Origin: Gekko japonicus
Lineage: Eukaryota
NCBI RefSeq assembly: GCF_001447785.1
Contig: NW_015170281.1
Span: forward strand, 1,006,835-1,070,834
Direction: 5' to 3'
Length of the DNA: 64,000 nucleotides
Shown here: positions 49,263-62,291 of the stretch, piece by piece
How positions within the stretch are numbered: position 1 is the stretch's first letter
Layout: every line of letters begins with the position of its first letter
The notes under the pieces: generated by a model
Databases searched by the model: none
What the model saw: the letters and a program-made list of their open reading frames with translations, nothing else
Told to the model about the DNA's origin: nothing
Program-made: the position numbers and the translations under genes

Positions 49263-50070
49263 GAACGTAAGAGAAGCCATCCAGTCCAACACTCTGTCAC
49301 ACAGTGGCCAAAATTACCAGGTGCCATCAGGAGGTCCAGCAGTGGGGCCAGGACACTAGAAGCCCTCCCACTGTTGCCCTCCCAAGCACCAAGAATACAG
49401 AGCATCACTTGCCCCACCCTGAGAGTTCCTATCTATACCTTGTGGCTAATAGCCACTGATGGACTTCTGCTCCATTTGCTTATCTAATTCCCTCTTGAAG
49501 CTGTCCATGCTTGTAGCTGCCACCACCTCCTGTGGCAGTGAACTCCATATGTTAATCACTCTTTGGGTGAAGAAGTACTTCCTTTTATCTGTTCTAACCC
49601 AACCGCTCAGCAATTTTATGGAGTGCCCACGAGTACTTGTATTGTGATAAAGGATAAAAGCACCTCTTTCTCTACCTGTTCTATCCCATGCATAATCTTA
49701 TAAACCTCGATCATGTCACCCCTCAGTCGTCGTTTCTCCAAGCGAAAGAGCCCCAAGCTCTTTAACCTTTCTTCATCGGGAAGTGTTCCAACCCTTTTAT
49801 CATTCTAGTTGCCCTTTTCTGCACTTTTTCCAAAGCTATAATATCCTTTTGAGGTGTGGTGACCAGAACTGTACACAGTACTCCAAATGAGGTTGTACCA
49901 TCGATTTATACAGGCTGATTTGTTTTCAATTCCCTTCCTAATAATCCTGAACATATTATTGGCCTTTTTTATTGCAGTCGCACACTGTCTAGACATTTTT
50001 ATTGAGTTATCTACTATGACTCCAAGTTCTCTCTCTTGGTCAGTCTCTGCCAGTTTGGACCCCATCAATG
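49263..50070 (-). mobile_element. CR1 LINE 3' portion
   Basis: ERELGVIVDNSIKMSRQCATAIKKANNMFRIIRKGI. High identity to 20486-21243. Confidence 0.95.
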
Positions 50071-50489
50071 TCAACCACCTCTGGCATTGTCTCCAGTGAT
50101 TGTGGCCCCAGTCCCTGGAATTTGCTGATCATTGAAAATAATGGTGTTTGCAGTGTGTATACACAGAAGGTGGTCCTGAAAATCCAGAACATCAAAACAC
50201 CACATGGATTTCTAACATCAACTGGTAATGCCCTACCCAAAATGAAGCAATCATGATAAACCCCCTCCTGCCGAAGCCCAGATACAAAATTGTTAACATT
50301 TTTTTCCTTGGTTCACACCCCTAGTGAACATGCCATTTTGACAACTGTAAGTACTGGATCTCTTTGTTGTCCTCCAACTCGAGCAGCTGTGCCAAACAGA
50401 TCTGTGACTGTGCAGCAGCTGTAATGATGAACTTTGAACTTTCAGTTCTGCTTTGTGGCTGTTTTTACATCTGTACAGTAGGTGAAACT

Positions 50490-50670
50490 GGCTACTTCTG
50501 CACCGTCAATTTTGTCACTCCTTTGTCCCTATTGCTTCAGGGTCCCCCCCCCATGTGTTTTGCTCTCGCTAATAGTCCCAGAGGGAGCAAAACGCATGTG
50601 GAAAAGGGAGGGAGGGAACCCAAAGCAATAGAGACTAACGAGTGACAAGAATGTCAGTGTGGAAGTGGCC
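50490..50670. mobile_element. short fold-back MITE (Harbinger-like)
   Basis: GGCTACTTCTGCACCGTCAATTTTGTCACTC / GAGTGACAAGAATGTCAGTGTGGAAGTGGCC. Flanks ACT / AGT. Confidence 0.75.
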
Positions 50671-52093
50671 AGTGATTGACTCTCGTACAGTCATGGATGG
50701 TCAGGTCCAGTTAAATGATGCAGCATCATTTTGGATGCTGGCAGAGCTTTTTTTTTTTTTGCTTGTTAAAACAAAATAAAACCACTAGTAAGCCAACCAA
50801 AAAGACAGGACGGAAACAACACAGACATGCAAAGAAAATGAGGTACTTTTGCCACGTCTAGGCTCAGAAACTGCTTTTAACATCTTCATGTTTCCTTACC
50901 TTTCTCTTGTGCTGGAAACTAACAAGAGCTAAATGGCACAATGCTTTCACCAAAAAGAACTAAAATTGATCTGCATGCTTCACATAACTTAGCCTGATTT
51001 CAGAATGTTGACAAACAGAATTTTAATTATTTTAAATTCCTCCCTATGAATAAGTGGATAAATGTCGCCTCTTAGTATCAAAATTCCCTACTGCGTATTT
51101 TTTTTAATTTTCTTTTTGTAACCATGTGATTCCTTTCTTTTCCCCCCTTTTTTGCTAAGAAAGATGAGGGTGGTTGTTCGATTGGTTTAACGCTTGTCAT
51201 TGCATATGCATCTGAAAAATTTCTCTTTAATTGAGACTTGTCTTGACATCCTTTTAAATTATTAAGGGCTTGGGATGCTCATTAAGAAAGAGATTAGAAG
51301 ACACAGTAGACGTGGGTAATTATTAAAGGACCAAGAAGGGGGACACATGGTGCATTTTAATGGAGGCTTTAGTGGATTGCTAAATTAAATGAGTAGTTTA
51401 GTGATAAAACTGGTTGGAGTTAATCAATTGAGTAAAACTATAGGGAGGCTGTGGAACAGAGGCGGGACGTGAATCATTCTTTTAGTAATCGCACTTTGAG
51501 AGTTTCTACTTGATATTTGTTTAATAATAGATTTGATGAGGATTACCTAATTTGTCAGAAAACTGGGCATTGGGTCAAGTGCTATTTGACAGATGAGTGT
51601 GGAGAGAGTCTGCTTCACTGTGTGAAACACTACAACTTTACTGTTCTATGATGAATTAATTATTTAGTGTGGAAGGACAGCATAATTATTTGGTGGATGG
51701 GTGGTTGAACCTGCTTTCCAAAAACCTCAATCATTTTCAGATCTCTTTTATGTAGCAAAGTGTTTTTTTTAACGATTCATATCCCATCGGTCTTCACAAA
51801 AAGTCTGTGACAAGGGACACAAGTATCTGAGGCTTAAAACTAGACATGAGACACAGCCATAACTATCTCTTCTCTGTTACCTGTAGTTTCTTTTTAAAAT
51901 CAAGAGGAGCAGGGAGGGGAGACTGCTTAATCCTTTCCCTCTTCCAGCCCTTTTCTTGCTCAAAACCTGCCCCACACTGCTTTCCTTCCCTCTCATGGAA
52001 AAAGATCGAAGTACTGCATATGACATGTAGTTTCTGCCTGAGAAACAATGACTTGCCCAATGCTGCACAACAAAGTAGAATTTGGGTCGCAGA

Positions 52094-52301
52094 CAGTGTT
52101 CCCTCTAAGCTGAGTTAGTGTGAGCTAGCTCACAGTTTTTTAGCCTCCAGCTCTTACACATTTTTGTCTTAGCTCAGGAAGGATGGCTCCATAGCAGACT
52201 AATTTATGCAGCAGCCAAATCGCTCGCTCACAACTTTAATGCCAGTAGCTCACAAAGTGGAATTTTTGCTCACAAGACTCCACAGCTTAGAGGGAGCATT
52301 G
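52094..52301 (+). mobile_element. hAT MITE (CAGTGTTCCCTCTAAGCTG TIR), 8-bp TSD
   Basis: TIRs CAGTGTTCCCTCTAAGCTG / CAGCTTAGAGGGAGCATTG. TSD GTCGCAGA / GTCCCAGA. GCTCAC subterminal repeats. Confidence 0.9.
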
Positions 52302-53353
52302 GTCCCAGACACCCATAGTTAAGACCCCTCCCCACAATTTACTGGTTCCTGGTGACATTAGAAGTATGGCATCTCCCCACCCCCCTAAGGCTGCCTTTGG
52401 AGCTGGAGAACAATGCTCTGTCCCTTTAACTGATGCTTAATAGTATGTTGTTTACCAGGTGACATTATTTTGCTCCATGCACAGCAAGCTTCAACTGCCC
52501 ATTTCCACACATTACCCCTCTATTAAAGGGATGAGACATTTTCCTCCAGGCTACTTAGCAATCCTACTCCCCCACCTAACCCTTCCAAGCCCTATAATAT
52601 AATATGGTGCATTTGCTTTGCTTACTAATAGGGAAAGTGAGCTTCTGACACAACACCTGTTTGGTCAACTGATTGGAAGGCTCAATGATAAGAAATACGA
52701 TATGGGGCTTTTCACCTCTTAGGCCACTGGATGAAAACTATCTGAGGTCAGTGAGAAGTTACCATCTGATACCTAATTAAATGTCTCCATTACATATGTC
52801 TATAGCTGTCTAATGTCAGAGCAGACAGAGCATTAGCACTGCTTGCTTGCTCTAACTGGCCATAAACTGTCAGGAAGTAACATATTTATTTTTATTTACT
52901 GAGATACTTTGTGAAGCACTTTGAGCATTTAGAAGGTACTATGTAAATGCTATTATTAAGTTGTGCATAGCTTTGGTTGAGCACATAATATTGCTTTGAG
53001 CTATGAGTGATATTCTTCAGTGCTAAAGAGTGTGAAGGGTGATCTATGGGTTTTGACTTAGCACATTGTCCAGCTATCCTAAAGCCAGACCATTCAGAAT
53101 GCAGTTAGAAGATCACATGTCTGAATGTTTCATTTTCCAAAAATCCTTCCTGTAGAGAATTTACCTGCTGTAGAGAAGTGTTTGGCCTACCTGTCCCCCT
53201 GCAGGGGGACTTGGTTCTTGTTTCTGCATGAGAGAGCATCCTCAACCTGCATTCTGAAAGTATGCCTTGGATTGGTAAGTAGCTAAGGGAGAGTCTTTGT
53301 GAGAAAGTTGGGCTATTAAATGAAGATTTTAATCACTGAATAAATAACTAGAT

Positions 53354-53741
53354 CAGAGGTGTAGAACTCATTTGTTATGAGGACTGGATTTAACATAAAT
53401 GTCACGTTGTTGGGCCGGGCAATGTGTGCCATAAAATGTAATGCCCAGTATGGGAGATGTAAACTTCATAAAGGACACCCAATTAATAATATTATTTTTT
53501 ACTCAAAATACAAACATGCTTAAAACATGAATACTCTTACAGTATTTCCTTAATGTATGTTCCTGATGCCCACCCTTCCACTTCCACCACCCATTACTCA
53601 TTAGCATTGGAAGAGTATACAGGCACATAATGCATAGTCTCTGTCATCTGACAATAAAGGTAATGACTATGTGCTTGCAGACAGGATAAGGTCCCTGGAT
53701 GGGCTGGTTTCGGCCCGTGGGCCATATGTTTGACACCCATG
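53354..53741. mobile_element. hAT/Charlie-type non-autonomous element
   Basis: CAGAGGTGTAGAACT / GTTTGACACCCATG termini with GGGCCG / CGGCCCG subterminal motifs. TSD not preserved. Confidence 0.7.
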
Positions 53742-53945
53742 GTTCTCCATAATACGGTAAGCTATTTATTCAAATACAAGTTGTTTTTTTGTATGGAAAT
53801 ATAATACTTCAGATTTCTCTCATTTTGAACAGTTAGGTATTTATTATACCAAACAAAGACATTTAAAACTTATTTAACAAAATACATTTGGACTGAGGCT
53901 TTAAAAAAAAAATTCTAAAGGCACTTCCAACTGCCTCTCTTGTAA

Positions 53946-54227
53946 GGAGGAAGAGAAGAGATTGAATTTATACCCCACCCTTCACTTGGAGTCTCAGAGC
54001 AGCTTACAACCTCCTTTCCCTTCCCCTCCCCTCCCCACAACAGACACCCTGTGAGGTAGGTGGGGCTGAGAGAGCTCTGACAGAAATTGCTCTTTTTCAA
54101 GGACAGCTCTGACAGAATTATGGCTTGCCCAAGGTCATCCAGCAGGTACAAGTGGAGGAGGGGGGAATCAAACCCGGTTCTCCCAGATTAGAGTCCGCAC
54201 ACTTAACCACTACACCAAACTAGCTCT
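53946..54227 (-). mobile_element. Squam3-type SINE (gecko-type subfamily), full length
   Basis: Complete head (CCACTACACCAAACTAGCTCT), internal GACAGCTCTGACAG segment, GAAGAG tail. Confidence 0.92.
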
Positions 54228-54738
54228 TGAAGTAGCTTTCCCCTATTCCCTCTGACCCTCTGGCCATGTCCTGAACTACAGGCTTGATTAGAGCACCAAG
54301 CACATCTCTACAAGTCTATAAAGAAAGTTCAGCAAATATTCCCTAGTTACCCTTAAATTCCCTTAATTTTCCCAATTCAATTGAATATGCATAGAAAAGG
54401 AACCCAAGAGAGACTCAAGCATAAGACAGGTGAACTCCTCTCCTTATTCAGCTGAATAATTTTTAAAATTGGCATTTTGCAGAGCTCCAGTGGGCCACTT
54501 AAGGACACAGATGGTTAGCATCCTTGGAACTGTTATGGAGCACCAGTATTATCAGAGAATAAATGGTGATCATTCTCTATCTTGCTCCTCAAATTCATTT
54601 CAGCCTTTCCAGCAAGGCAGTAACAGAGAGAAAACAACACATTCCTACCTTCTCCTAACTATTGCCTCCACCCCCAGGTAAGTGCTTCCCATCTGCCCCT
54701 ATGCTCCAGTGCAACAAAGCAAATGATACCAATTCAAA

Positions 54739-55150
54739 GGCCCCAGTCACACGAGCGAGATAATCTGGTGTGGGGGGGAGCGAGGCTTTTTGCATTAGAG
54801 CAAAATGAAGCATGGTACCTTGATCAGGCATTCCTCTGAAGCGCCGTGCTCAGGTCGTCAGCTGCCGATCACACATTGATGGTGAAGCATGGCAAAGAAG
54901 GGGGGAGAAAGAAGCAGCATGGCGCAATCACACATGGGGCGAACACAAACCGCCGCGTCCCGATCAGACAGGCGTTTCCCCCTCTCAAACTGGAGTTCCC
55001 GCATGTGCATGACCATGGAAGCAAATCCATAGAACAGTAGGCATGCGCACAAAAAAAATCCAGTGTGGGACGGGATGCAGATGGGCACCGGATGAGACAG
55101 GATAACAACACTTCTGCGATCCGACACCCACCCGCGCCCCACGTTTTCCG
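54739..55150. mobile_element. probable DNA-transposon fragment (Harbinger-like), related to 43905
   Basis: GGCCCCAGTCACACG start. Repeated GATCACACA / CAATCACACA / GATCAGACA motifs. CpG-rich. Confidence 0.4.
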
Positions 55151-56329
55151 GAAAATACTGTACTTTCTCCAGGTGAACTGATCTCTGTCACCTGGAGATC
55201 AGCTGTAATAGTGGGAGATCTCCAGCCATCTCCTGGAAGTTGAGAAGAAGCAAACAACTGTGATGTGTTCTGCCAATGGATCTGATTAGTGTTACTATGG
55301 GATATGAATAGAGTCTTTGTCAAATGGATTAATATTATATAGGTATTTCAACACTACCCATTTTGATTAAGTTGTACGAAATGAGATATAATATGCATGG
55401 CTCGTTAGTGTTGATGGCGTTTCAACATCCATTTGAAAAAGAAATTTCTAGTCCTTGGAGACTTTTTTGGCATAACACATCGTGGTTGTTTGCTTCTCCT
55501 CAACTTCCATCCCGTGATCTCTCTCTTTGGTTTGCACCACCCGGAAGTTGGCAACCCTACTTTCAGTATTTCCTTTCCAGGCCTTAGTTTCAGCTTGCCA
55601 GGTTGATTTTGTTTTGATCTGAGCTTTGGAATTAATTCTACAGGCCTTGCAATGTCGGGGGGGGGGGTTTGGTGAAGGTTTGTGGTTTACAGTGGAACTT
55701 GTGTTTTTTGCCTTGGATTCTCAGGTTGTAAACTGGCATGAGTTGCATCAGTGTTCCTATTAGGTTTCACTTGGAGGATTCTCTGGTTTGACATTGGGTT
55801 GTTTTCTTGTATTGTACATTTGTTGTGTTAGGCTTGCTGTATTATCTCACACATCTGCATGGATTCCCCAGTTCTGCATTGGTTCTTTGGGCATGCGATG
55901 CTTGTTCTTGTGTCTTTGGCTATTCTTTCCCTGGGGAAAGCATGTTTTCCCCCTCCCACAGGAAACAATAGAGGATGGCTAAAGACTCTTGCTCCAATTC
56001 ATGTGAAACTTGGGGATTATAAAAGGATAGGAACTAGCAGCTGTGCAGCAACTTTGGTGCAATTTGATCAAAAAGCCCCTCCAGCCCTCCAGAAATAATA
56101 GAGCTGAATAATGGAGCTGAATAGTAGGGAATAATGGAGATGAATAATATTGGAATTCGGGGGGGGGGGGCAGATTTGATTCCCAAACCGGTATTTGGAA
56201 CCCAAATAACAGGGATCAAAAAATACTATCATTTTTCAAGGTGCACATCCCAACTTGATGCCACACAACTTGCGTGACTGATCCAGGCCTGGCTGCTTGC
56301 TACTGTTCAACAGCAGCCACCACGCAAAA

Positions 56330-56470
56330 GGCAATGTGGTGTAGTGATTAGAATTTCGAACTAGGATCTGGGAGACCCAGGTTTGAATTCCATTTCTGCC
56401 ATGGGGTTCTGTGGATAATTTTGGGCCAGTTACTCACTCAGCCTGCTCTACCTCAAAGGGTTGTTTTGAG
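56330..56470 (+). mobile_element. Squam3/MIR-type SINE 5' part
   Basis: GTGGTGTAGTGATTAGAATTTCGAACTAGGATCTGGGAGACCCAGGTTTGAATTCC. Confidence 0.8.
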
Positions 56471-56519
56471 CCACTTTGAAGAAGGGCAGGGTAGAAATTA
56501 AGGAAGTAATAAATATAGC

Positions 56520-56972
56520 TGAAAATGGGGGCAGATAAAAGGTAGCTTGATTGATAAGCTGGAAGGATAGAAGGATGAAGGGAAATGTAGGGATATAGGG
56601 GTTGCCAGGAGGAGGGAATGAAGAAATAACGTGGGGAAGGGGATACATGGGAAATTGAGGTGCCCCCTATAAGTCCTAGTAGGTTTCCCACTGTGCACCT
56701 AGACCCACCCCAGTGGCCAGTACTGTGAAACTGGGCCATAATTTCCCTGGGCAAAGGCTGCCAGGGAAAGAAAAGGAGGGAGAAGGGAAGGAAGGAAAGC
56801 AGGGAATTGGTTGGCTAGTGAGTGGGAAGGAAAGAAGGAAGCAGGGAAAGGGGAGAAACTTTGGGGGTTTTCAGGGAAGGGAAAGCTAGGGGGGCTTTCA
56901 GAGGGGGGAAAGAGGAAATAGTGGGAGAGGGGGAAATGAAATACCCCCTGAACCTTGTGGGTCCCCCACTTG
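56520..56972 (+). mobile_element. putative Helitron-derived repeat ending in a hairpin plus CTTG|T
   Basis: Ends CCCCCTGAACCTTGTGGGTCCCCCA-CTTG|T, the same spacing as the 37-38 kb Helitron 3' ends. Second copy at 43255. Confidence 0.5.
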
Positions 56973-57458
56973 TACTACTATTAATGCAATAATTTTCCAG
57001 GTAGGAACCAGTTTCAACTTGTGCATGCACTTTTTGAGTCATATTATTATCAACATCCATTGAAGAAATTTATTGCAAGACACTTGCTCTTTACCCCGAA
57101 ACTCTTTGCACTTCTAATTCTCTGTGTAAAGTGTTTGTAGTTGTATACATAGGGCATATTTATCAAATATTTGCTGTATTCAGTATTATTATTCTACCAC
57201 AGATTTGTGTCCGCTGTGTTTCCCATGCATTTTTGGTTTTGATTTTCAGCTTTCTTTCCCCTGTTTTCAAATCTAAAAAGCCCCACCAGTCAAGTGGGCA
57301 CTTCCTTCATATCCTACATTCCCATAAAACAATTAACTTTACCCTTTGTATTTTCTTTCAGGCTGTAAGGAGTCAAGAAAATGTTATATACATTATTAAA
57401 ACAATTATTATGGTTGCCTCCAGTAGCAATGATGTATTTCTTGAGGCTAATATTCATT

Positions 57459-58027
57459 AGAAGAAGAAGAAGAGATTGGATTTATACCCCACCCTTCACT
57501 ACCGAAGGAGTCTCAGAGTGGCTTACAAACTCCTTCCCCTCCCCCTCCCCACAACAGACACCCTGACCGATTTCACACAAGAGCTGCGCTGCGGTCGTGC
57601 CTCCCTTTGCCCCGCTTCTATTGGTCAATTTCCCACTTGAATTGACCCACACATTTTTGACCCGTGGCTTCGCCAGATTTCCCCGGGAGTTTTGTGACCC
57701 TGTTTTTTGAGGATCACGAAACCACGGGGAAAATCGGGCGAAGCCGCGGGTCAAAATGCGGCCACGTGGCTTTGAGTGGGAAATTGACCAATACAAGCGG
57801 GGCAAAGGGAGGCACGACCGCAGCGCAGCTCTTGTGTGAAATCGGTCCCTGTGAGGTAGGTGAGGCTGAGAGGGCTCTGACAGAAACTGCTTTTTTTCAA
57901 GAACAGCTGTGCCAGAATAGGGCTCGCCCAAGGTCATCCAGCAGGTGCAAGTGGAGGAGCGGGGAATCAAACCCGGTTCTCCCAGATTAGAGTCCGTGCA
58001 CTTAACCACTACACCAAACTGGCTCTC
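57459..58027 (-). mobile_element. Squam3-type SINE, full length, interrupted by a fold-back MITE
   Basis: (GAA)n tail at 57459 and head ending TGGCTCTC at 58027. Split at CAGACAC-CCT|GTGAGGTAGG. Confidence 0.92.
57565..57847. mobile_element. fold-back MITE (3-bp TSD CCT) nested in the SINE
   Basis: About 50-bp perfect TIR GACCGATTTCACACAAGAGCTGCGCTGCGGTCGTGCCTCCCTTTGCCCCGCT. CCT duplicated relative to uninterrupted SINE copies (54041-54060, 63812-63830). Confidence 0.95.
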
Positions 58028-59770
58028 ATAATCTACAATGAAAGGAAATTTTGAAAAATATAGGATTGCCAAAAGTAGGAACCTTTTAAAGGAGATCTAT
58101 ACTGCACAGGGATAAATCCTGAGTTTCCAGTGTTCCCAACTTGACAACAAGAGATATTCCATGGAAATTCATTTACTTTTTTATTCTGGGGTGTGCTAGA
58201 CTTTAAGACAGGAAGCCATCTGTAGCAACCTGTGCAGATCACAATAGTCCTCTGCTGATAGTTGCCAGCCATGTGAACAGCCATGTGACCAGTAAATGCC
58301 AACCCACCCTAAAGACTTGGACTGAGACTTGGACTGAAGGTCTGAATCACTCAACTTCAGCCATCAGACACAGCATACTAAGTAGTACAAGAGTCCTTAT
58401 CACTCATGGAACATTCTGTGAAGGACTGAGAACTTAGGTTGTAAATAAGTTAAAGATGCTAAATGTAGCTGTATGATTTAATGTTCTTCAGTTGTCCACA
58501 GCTTTTGCTCATTTCTCCCTCTCCTTTAAAGCATCTCACACAGTTTGTAAATTAGGTCTCAGCACTGCATGTTTCTAGTGAACTTTTGAGTGAACTGCAT
58601 GTTGTTGGTAAATGCATTGTAGGTGGCCTTGGTTTTTCTTGGTTACTGAACTGAAACGTTACAGATCTGGTGTACCATATTTGCAAGTATACTGGAAAAC
58701 TGATTGACATGTTGACTGAGTTCTCATCATTCCTCCCACCCATCTGCTTGAAGCTCTCCTTGTTAGAATGCCGCAGAATTGTCTAAAGATTATTTTGCCT
58801 GATTGGAAATTGCTCTTTAAGAATTCCATTTCTCTGCTCTTGTGAACCCTTGCAAGAATCAGTTGGTCCAGATATATGCCATCATGGAAGATGAGCTGGA
58901 TGTACTCAAGCCAAATGACCTTCACAATTTGGATAATGGCTGTCTTCGGACACTTTTAATGTTGTACTTGACAAACCACAGAATATGGCCATAGATAAAG
59001 CTTTGGTGCAGGAAAATGAATATGCTTTAAAAAAATCTAGGACCACTGTTCTAGCTAACAGGGTCTGGTCAATAGTCCAATGCAGAATGTTTTGTTAGGT
59101 GTGCGGCTCTCTGTTGATATTGTCTTTCTGGTGAATTTAGCAACATGTAATGAACTGCATCTTTTTGAGGATATAATCTGGGTTTACACATGAATAACCA
59201 ATGGTTATTGCTAACCATTATTGCTAATAATTCTTTTTGAAGAGTTCTTAGAGCTAGCAAAGCAATGAATATAAATCAAATCTCTCCTGCCTCTGATTAA
59301 AGATTCCCAGCTATCATATTTTATTTCCACAATTTTATATTCATAATTCTTTAAAGTCATGCAGCACCAGATCTCTCTGTCTTGCAATGCTATTTAGTTT
59401 CTCTTCCTTAAATTTTCTTTTAAAAAAAGATCAAATACATACATGGATGTTTCTGTGAGTTAGGAAATTACATTATCAACTTCACAAGTCATATAACACT
59501 TTTTGTTAATTTTCTATACAATTCCCCATGACTTTTGCATGCATGAAATAAGAGGGGCTCCCTCTGGTGGGCCAAAATAATAGCTTTACATGTAAAGTAT
59601 CTTTGTGTTACTTCTTTTGTTTGTTTAGATTTTGTTTGTTTGTTTGTTTTATTTTAGTAACCTAAAGGATAAAGTCTCTGTTCCTGAAATCCAGGCTTCA
59701 TACGTTGATGGTATTTCGGCACTTTAAATGTAATTCACATTTTTCTTCTTCTTCATTATCAGACTGATTA

Positions 59771-59994
59771 GAGAGTCAGTGTGGTGTAGTGGTTAAAAGT
59801 ATTGGACTAGTATCTGGGAGACCCAGGTTTGAATCCATTTGTGCCATGGGAGCTCACTGGGTGACGCTCTCTCATCCTAATTTACCTCACAGGGCTGTTG
59901 TGAGGATAAAATGGAGGAGAGAAGAATGTTGTAAACTGCTTTGGGTCCCCATTGGGAAGAAAGGCCGGGCATAAATGAATTAAATAAATAAATA
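59771..59994 (+). mobile_element. Squam3/MIR-type SINE
   Basis: GAGAGTCAGTGTGGTGTAGTGGTT head, CTCACAGGGCTGTTGTGAGGATAAAATGG core, (TAAA)n tail. Confidence 0.88.
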
Positions 59995-60807
59995 TCATAG
60001 TCTAAGATAACACTACGTGACCATATTGGTAACTACAACTTTCATTGTAAAAGAGATGCATATTATACCAGATTAAATTGCTGTATGCCGAATAATTTTT
60101 GACAGGGGTCCATTTTAATCCAATACCATAAAATAGTTTCTTGCCACTTTTCTATTTGTTCTTGCTGGTTTTCTGAAATGAAATCTGTGAGACAGCAGTG
60201 AGGATCAAATCTATGATCTATTCTTAACATCTTGGATTTGATTTAAAAGAAGCCACACCATTTCCCAGATAATGTCCCCCCTTCTCTTTCAGTTATTATT
60301 ACCCTGGCAGAGAATAATGGAGAGGCAATTTTCAGTTACTGTATAAAGACACTGTGTGTGCATGGGAGATTTTAAAACAAAAAGAGGATGAGTGAAGGAG
60401 AGGAACCAAAACATTCCCTCTCCTTGTATGTTACTTCTATACTGAAATATTTTTGTCCTTGCCCAGCTCATTTGAGGAGCTAGGCTGGGAGAAAAAATGC
60501 TTCAAGAATATAATGCAGCAAGAGAAAGGGAAGCAGAATGTCATTCCTCCTGACCATGTGCTACATTTCTAAAAATTAAACACAGACCATCACCCCATAC
60601 TTGAGGATCCTTGGAAAGGAGAAAAGGCACACATGCCTATTCACATCTCTAAATGCTTGCTATGCAAATAAGAATGCCATCCGAACACTGGCATGGAGAA
60701 TCTCTTCAATGAGAGGAATGATTCATGAGTTTTTTCTCCCTAGAGTCTAGACTATTGGAATAAAAAGAGCTGCATGCATAAATATGTTTCCTAATCATAC
60801 CAATGGA

Positions 60808-61325
60808 AATGAATAAGAGCATAGGAACAGCTCTGCTGTATCAGATCAGTGGTCCATCTAGTTGGCATCCTGTATCATACAACAGCCAACCAGTTGCCCT
60901 GAAGGGCCAACAAACAGAGCACAGAGGTCAGGGCCTTCCCCTGATGCTGCCTCCTAGCACTGGATTTCAGAGGTTTACTGCTTCTGAATATAGAGGTTCC
61001 CTTTACTAACCATGGCTAGTACCCATTGATGGAACTATCCCCCCTTAAATCTGTCTAACCACCTCCTAAAGCCATCTATGCTCATGGCCATCACAGCCTC
61101 CACTGGCAGTGAATCCCACAATTTAATTAGTCATTGTATAACTTTTTTTTTTGTATTTTATGTGCCTATTGCACATCAACTTCATTGGGTGCCCCAAGTT
61201 CTATTATTACAAGAGAGGGAGAAAAAACCCTCCTTCTATCCACTTTCTCCACTCAGTACATCATTTTATAAACCTTTACAATGCCCCCTTAGCTTTTTTC
61301 TGAGCTACAAAGTCCCAGGGCACTA
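60808..61325 (-). mobile_element. older CR1 subfamily 3' fragment
   Basis: ATAGGAACAGCTCTGCTGTATCAGATCAGTGGTCCATCTAG 3' motif; CACTGGCAGTGAATCCCACAATTTAATT; TCATTTTATAAACCT. Confidence 0.75.
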
Positions 61326-62291
61326 ATAGCCAGTTTCTTCATGCAACTAAAGCTTGGGGTGTGTGCACGCATTTCAATAAAATGTTTCCCCTCATCCAGA
61401 AAAAAACCCCAAATTTATATTTTATACAAGAGTTACTTCCCTTTGACATACACATTTCTCTTCTTCAGTTATGCTTTTAATTTTCTTGATCAATCAGTTT
61501 CATTCATCATTACTTGAGCTGGCCACCAATCACAACACTTCAGTGGGTTAGTTATTTGCTTTTAAACAAATATGTGAGGTATATTTGCATATTAAGAAAA
61601 CCTTAATATGGATGACATTTTGAGATATCGATGGCCATGTAAGATACCCAACAATTTAATAAATGACAGCACACAATATTATAGAATGAGCATATTTCTC
61701 TTTTTACCTTTTTCATACTCTATTTCATACTCTACACAAGCCTAAAATATGCCCCAAACTCTAACTCTCCCGGATTACAATTAACCCCACTGATTGAACC
61801 CATTAAAGTTTCCATCCCTAACAGTTAGTTTACTTTATAATACTTTTTAATTATTTCTTAAGCAGAGGTGTTAATGGTACGTAGGCAAATACAAGATAAG
61901 CTACATGCAGAATTAATTTTCTGAACAACTCTGAATGTTTGGGAAAAGACTTTTTTTATTAGCAAAAACGGTGTGGTCATCAGCTTTTGTTTCAGCCCAA
62001 AGCCTCTGTCATTAGGAATAATGATCATTGCCCTTATTATATGCAATCAGGATTGCTGTTGGTGACATTGCTGTTTATTGTTGCAAGAATAGACTCTTGA
62101 CGCACAGTACCCTCATGTTTTTACAGTTGTGGAAATTAATTAAGAGATAATGATTGAAAAGTCTTCCCCTAAAACCCTACTAAGGTTTTCTCCCAAATAT
62201 TTAAACAATTTTTGGTCATCTCTTTCTCGTGCTCTCTCCCTTTTTATTTCTCTTTTCTCTCTCTGTTTGTAATAAGATTAATTATGTGTGG

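Noticed and set aside
58550-59270. Possible very old LINE ORF2 remnant on the minus strand (similar hints at 57000-57450 and 5020-5420)
   Set aside because: Too decayed to assign by eye; needs a profile search.
59771-59840. tRNA genes at SINE heads
   Set aside because: A/B-box heads continue into SINE cores and do not form complete cloverleaves.
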